64,000 nucleotides of DNA from contig OX597821.1 in the NCBI GenBank assembly GCA_951406725.2, forward strand, positions 9,734,001 to 9,798,000, written 5' to 3'. This stretch comes from Octopus vulgaris. Lineage: Eukaryota. The notes under the pieces are model-generated. The model did no database searches and was not told the DNA's origin. It saw nothing but the letters and a program-made list of their open reading frames with translations. Positions 59,081 through 64,000 of the stretch are shown in pieces. The stretch's first letter is position 1. Every line of letters starts with the position of its first letter. The translations under genes were made by a program, and so were the position numbers.

Positions 59081-59347
59081 CAAACACGTATACTCAATGA
59101 GTTCCTTGGTAGCAACAACCACTCCGAACGGAATGGTTGTTGCTAGATCTGAAAGTCCTTGTCAGGTAAGACGACTCGTCCCTACTTCAGGTGTGATAGA
59201 GAGTAATGTTTCGAAATTTTTCTGACTTACGTAACTCAAACGAATAGGAGCCAATCTTGATCGCTAGTCCATTGCTATATACAAATAGGGTAAACCACAT
59301 TTGTTGGTGTATATTTGCGAATATATATATATATATATGTATATATA

Positions 59348-59585
59348 GAGGCGCAATGGCCTAGTGGTTAGGGCAGCGGACTCGCGGTCGCAGGATCGCG
59401 GTTTCGATTCTCAGACCGGGCGTTGTGTGTGTTTATTGAGCGAAAACACCTAAAAAGCTCTACGAGGCTCCGGCAGGGGGTGGTGATCCCTGCTGTACTC
59501 TTTCACCACAATGGCGGTGCCCCAGCATGGCCACAGCTCAAGAGCTGAAACTGGAAAAACAAAAACAAAAAAACAAAAACAAAAC
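59348..59585 (+). mobile_element. SINE family B short-tail form
   Basis: Near-identical to the reverse complement of 24181-24404. Confidence 0.88.
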
Positions 59586-59769
59586 ATGCATGTATAAAGG
59601 AAAAATAAAAATATTGGAAATTATCAGCGACAAATCGATTACATTTCCCTTACAGCTGTTTCAATTATACACAGTGAATTCAATTGAATATTAAATTCAA
59701 TTGAATATTAAATTCAATTGAATATTAAATTCCTATTTCTGGGCGCAATAAGCCACGCTGATAAATCTA

Positions 59770-60020
59770 ATATAATATGGGTCATTATACTATATACAAT
59801 CCAAATTAAAAATAACATTGTTAAATCGATATTTAAGGCCATTCATAAATACTTTATCACTGATAATAGATATAATGAAACGATAAACCAGAAAACTCTT
59901 GAAATTGGTTTTAGCCAAATACCTAACTTATTCATTGTCAGATCGTCAATTAACAACAAGAAATTAAATAAATTCTACACCAATAGAAATACCGATAATA
60001 TTTTCTACGAATTTCCCTAA
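59770..60020 (+). mobile_element. Penelope-like element RT-endonuclease linker fragment
   Basis: IIW....Y...IKNNI.K.IF.AIHKYF...NRY...IN..TL.IGFS..PNL..V.SSINNKKL matches the PLE linker pattern IIWFNPPY...NIGK.F...DKHF...SYSCMPN. Confidence 0.65.
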
Positions 60021-60721
60021 ACTTAAACTATATCTCCCAAATTCCTCTAATCATGATTTGATTTTTTAGATAATGTAGTTCAGTTACTTTATTCATCTAT
60101 TTCATTTTCATTTGTCTTGGTATTTATGGTTGGTTTAGAGAACATTTCACTTTGCATATTAGTTACATTGTATCTTACAATCATTACTGTATTTTCATCA
60201 AACCTGCGTTGGTCTATAATCATTCTCTAGTATCTTATTGAACTGCAACTACGTTCACTTTATCTCTCATTGATTGTTTAATTTGCTGAATCTCTTATTC
60301 AATAACATCTTTTTCATAATGTTCCTTCTGGCGTTGGGAAGATTGTTGCTGTCCAAGAAAGATCCTACTTGTGTCTCCAGTTTTCGTAGGTTTGTTCAGT
60401 ATTAGATTTAATTGTGGGCAAATACGTGGCACGATAGAATGCCTTAAGTTCTTCTTTATTATCTCCCCTGGACCATTCTGCATTCTCTTTCTTTCGGATG
60501 ACGAGCATGGATAACCATCTGTTGAACAGCCGTATTTAGTCTATCATTATGATCTGAGTTCACATGCCGCCAAGGTGGCCATTGCCTTTTATGCTATCAG
60601 CGTTGATGATATAAGTGCCAGTTACGTACTGGGGTTGATTTAATTGCCTGTCCCCTCCCCCAAAATTTCAGGCGTTGGGCCTTTACCAGAAAGCATTATT
60701 GTTATTAATATGATCATAATT

Positions 60722-61260
60722 ATTGAGTGAGAGAGCAGTGCATGCCATCAAAGTGACACTGGAGTAAAATATACGAAGCCCAGTATACCCATCATGACTA
60801 CTTGTCTGATAAGGGTACACCAGGCACCTGCATCACAAGCATATGTGCGTGACATGGTGATCTTATATCAAGATAAACAGCGCATGACCTTGAAGTGAGG
60901 GGGGGCTCAGTTAGAATTTTTTTCTGGTCGAGTATCACATCGCGGTCAAAAGGTCCCTGAATAAGATTTGTTTAAGGATGATAAACGAAACACCCATGTT
61001 TCCAAGGGTGAGATATCTAAACCCCAAGGAATTCTTACCCACCACTACTGGTCAGAGATGCACACATCGACAGCCACCAGGGGACATGCTCAACTGTTTA
61101 AGGTTAAGCAACTGACAAGCACATCTGTGATATTGAGCAGAATATTTGCTGTAGCCCATCTTTTATTCCAAGACAAAACAAAGTACATAATGACTGCTCC
61201 ATCCAGTTAAGATCAGAAGCCATGAGAGCCACTGTCTTGTACTGCATCAGCGCATATCAT
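60722..61260 (-). mobile_element. Non-coding insert bounded by ATT/TAA repeats, probable retroposon
   Basis: About 540 bp of higher-GC sequence between a short ATTATT and a long (ATT)n(AGT)n tract; single copy here, orientation inferred. Confidence 0.4.
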
Positions 61261-61262
61261 AA

Positions 61263-61405
<143 letters not shown>

Positions 61406-62572
61406 TTTTTATCAGAAAATTCTGCTAATATGTGCTATACTTTGTTAACAACTTTTAGGACGCCGTTTTATTTTACTTGAAAAGATTATACGTTATACGT
61501 TTGAAAACTCGATTGAATTCATATCTTCTGGGTGTTTTCTCTCTCCAGAATACGAAGGATTGAAGTACTCTTACAGGTTTAGATTCTTCAGGTTATAATT
61601 TTAGTTTACTTTTACCATCTTTTTCCTTCTCTTTCGTTTGCTTCATTCTCTGTTTGTACATTCACTTGTTATTGTTTTTATTCCCTCGATTTGATATATA
61701 ATTATCGAACTACCAGACATGATTTCCTTGTTCAGCGTGTGACAATTTTTCTCAATACTCAATGCCATTGGAAAGAATCCATGCTGACTACTGGAAGAGA
61801 TTTTGCTTCAGTATTAGTATTACTGTTGCTTTCTTCACCATTGTTACTAACGCTTCCCAAAGATCTTAACGTTTCCCATATCGTAATCTGTTTTCCAGAA
61901 TATCATACAAAGGTTTCAACACTATCTGAACAAATAAATACCAGTTCAAACACTAGCAACCACATAATGATATCGGTATCGAATCAAAATTATTTGTTTA
62001 ACAACATCCAGAATAGCCCAAATTACAATCACTTCAAAGAAATACGGAAAAATATAGACACGGCGAGAATAATAAGAATGCAGAATGCACCAATAACAAT
62101 TCTAAAACGAAAACACCAACAAGGCGAATCGAAATCCATGAAGTTCGTTGTTCAATAGAGTGACAAGTGCGAATTGATTCTGTACATATGAAAACACAAT
62201 TAGAAAATTTTTACAAAAATGTTGTGTTACCCTGAAACAGCTATTGGAAACTATTTCATAACATCTCTGAGAATTGCCGATGAAGAAACGTCAATATCAG
62301 TTACAGAAGCATGTTGCATCTTTAGTCCGATAACTGGACTAAAACAAAGAAGAGAATATGCGCTTCTGAAAATTAACACAATATCAATGGCAACAATTGA
62401 GGGCCTCCTGAAAGCAGAGCAGTATTCTCTTATTCTTTTATTTCTTTGAGTCACCTTGATTGCGGCCATGGTAGAGCACCACCTTTAGTCGGACAAAGCG
62501 ACCCCAGGACTTAGTTACATTATTTATATTATTTACAATTGGCGGATATTTGTCCTCATCTTGTTTGTTGTT

Positions 62573-62618
62573 AACACAACGTTTCGGCTGATATACCCTC
62601 CAGCCATCATCAGGTGTC
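62573..62618 (-). ncRNA. Minimal type I hammerhead with canonical CUGAUGA core
   Basis: gacac CTGATGA T GGCTG gagggtatat CAGCC GAA AC GT T gtgtt. Confidence 0.78.
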
Positions 62619-62918
62619 TTGGGGGAAATTTGGAACCTGGGTTGTTATTCGTAAGTTATTTTTCGATATTGTTGTTGTTGTTGTTATTATTATTATTAGT
62701 TGTTTGTGAACATCTCATCCATTGCTATGCAGTAGATGGTGTTTGTGTCGACTCAGAATACAGTAACGAACACATTTGAGATCTGTTTCCTGCACCAGTT
62801 TCTGAGCTGTCTCCGTTTGCTTTATGCATGTCATACATGCATACATTTATAAATGCATGAATGAATATATGCGTATACATATATACGTATTTATGTTTAT
62901 ATATACTACATATATACA

Positions 62919-63715
62919 TACGCTTGGGAATTGATTAATAAGTATTCGAACCAGTTCTATAAAATAAATGAATGACTACGATACCTACTACATTGGTATT
63001 TAATCTACTTCAATGAGGTCCTCTTAATCCATCACTGCTTCCATAGATGGAACCTTCTCGGAACTCATTTTCTGGGATGATCGGCAGCTGTCTGGACGTC
63101 CTGAAACCTTCTTCCCTTCAAGCGTGATTTGATAATTGGAAAGAGGGAAATTTCGCAAGGAATGAGATCTCGAAAGTACGGTATCTTGTCGGTCTTGGTG
63201 AATGAGGTGCCTAACCAAAACCTGTTGGAAAGCTACGCTGAATGGGTAGGTGCTTAAGCAGCTTTGACACAAACCGGACAAACACGCATCTCATGCAAAA
63301 ATCTTCAGTGATAATCGAATTAAATGAACAGTGACTAATCTGCACATCCTCTGGTTACACACGGACGGTGATAACACTATTTCCTCTCACAGCTGCAAGC
63401 ACATCTGCGATATTTTTCAAATTTCTGCTGATTTCGACCTCCGTGAACTTTCGTTACTATCGACATTTCTTCGGCTCATACACAACTCTTCATACACTAC
63501 TGGCAACTCTGAGTAGGTCTCTGAACAGGTATCAATAAACCTGTGGCAAAATGTGATGCAGATTCTCTGCTCAACTTTCTCTGTTATGGTAAATACGACG
63601 GTCACAAGCTAAACACGTTCCTGCTAAACACTACTCTAAACAGCGGAAGTGAGCTGTTTTCTTTAGCTTCCTTTTTATGGCAAGAGTCCGGAAACTTATT
63701 GACCAGACCACGTAT
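62919..63715 (-). mobile_element. Internally deleted mariner element
   Basis: N-terminal EQRICI.FC.......SETY..L..VY.E.CMSR..V and C-terminal DLIPCEI.LFP.IK..LKGRRF; TIR-like TACGTGGTCTGGTCAATAAGTTTCCGGAC at the right end with a decayed partner near 62920. Confidence 0.75.
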
Positions 63716-63802
63716 ACAATATATACATCTATAGGTAGGTAGGTAGGTTGGTTGGTAGGTAGAAAGAATGAGAGATAAATATAGAATATATACTCTTACA
63801 CT

Positions 63803-64000
63803 TTACTCTTTTACTTGTTTCAGTCATTTGACTGCGGCCATGCTGGAGCACCGCCTTTAATCGAGCAACTCGATCCCGAAACTTATTCTTTTGTATGCCC
63901 AGTACTTATTCTATCGGTCTCTTTTGCCGAACCGCTAAGTAACGGGGACATAAACACACCAGCATCGGTTGTCAAGCAATGCTAGGGGGACAAACACAGA
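63803..64000 (-). mobile_element. SINE family A, running off the window end
   Basis: Homologous to 28187-28380 and 56010-56202. Confidence 0.88.

Noticed and set aside
59348-59425. tRNA-like sequences with A and B boxes (also near 24083, 24404, 40241 and 55808)
   Set aside because: They continue into shared SINE bodies and tails and lack a clean acceptor stem, so they are SINE heads rather than tRNA genes
61691-62330. 155-aa ORF and a nearby CCGATGA-A-GAAACGTC motif
   Set aside because: No recognisable domain (at most a decayed PLE endonuclease), and the motif has no stem II

Overview
AT-rich, microsatellite-dense animal genomic DNA. The repeat content suggests an octopus/coleoid cephalopod, which is an inference and not verified. 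The only host coding sequence I can support is the first coding exon (N-terminus to start of TM3) of an allatotropin/orexin-type rhodopsin-family GPCR on the minus strand (26539-26907); I found no further exons. The rest is intronic or intergenic and holds mobile-element remnants: R4/Dong-type RLE LINEs in (TAA)n, RTE and CR1-type LINE fragments, three tRNA-derived SINE families, non-autonomous Helitrons, Tc1/mariner and Ty3/Gypsy relics, and Penelope-like elements (PLEs). The most striking signal, read by eye, is about 12 type I hammerhead-ribozyme motifs, mostly in short microsatellite-flanked PLE-type inserts. They have self-complementary stem III, non-canonical cores (A3-U8 and G3-C8 swaps of the C3-G8 pair, U4C, A6U) and often an extra nucleotide after position 9. 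One locus (20.1-21.0 kb) has two identical hammerheads 493 nt apart in a retrozyme-like layout. All folds are manual predictions and no activity is shown. Most ORFs in the supplied track are microsatellite translations.
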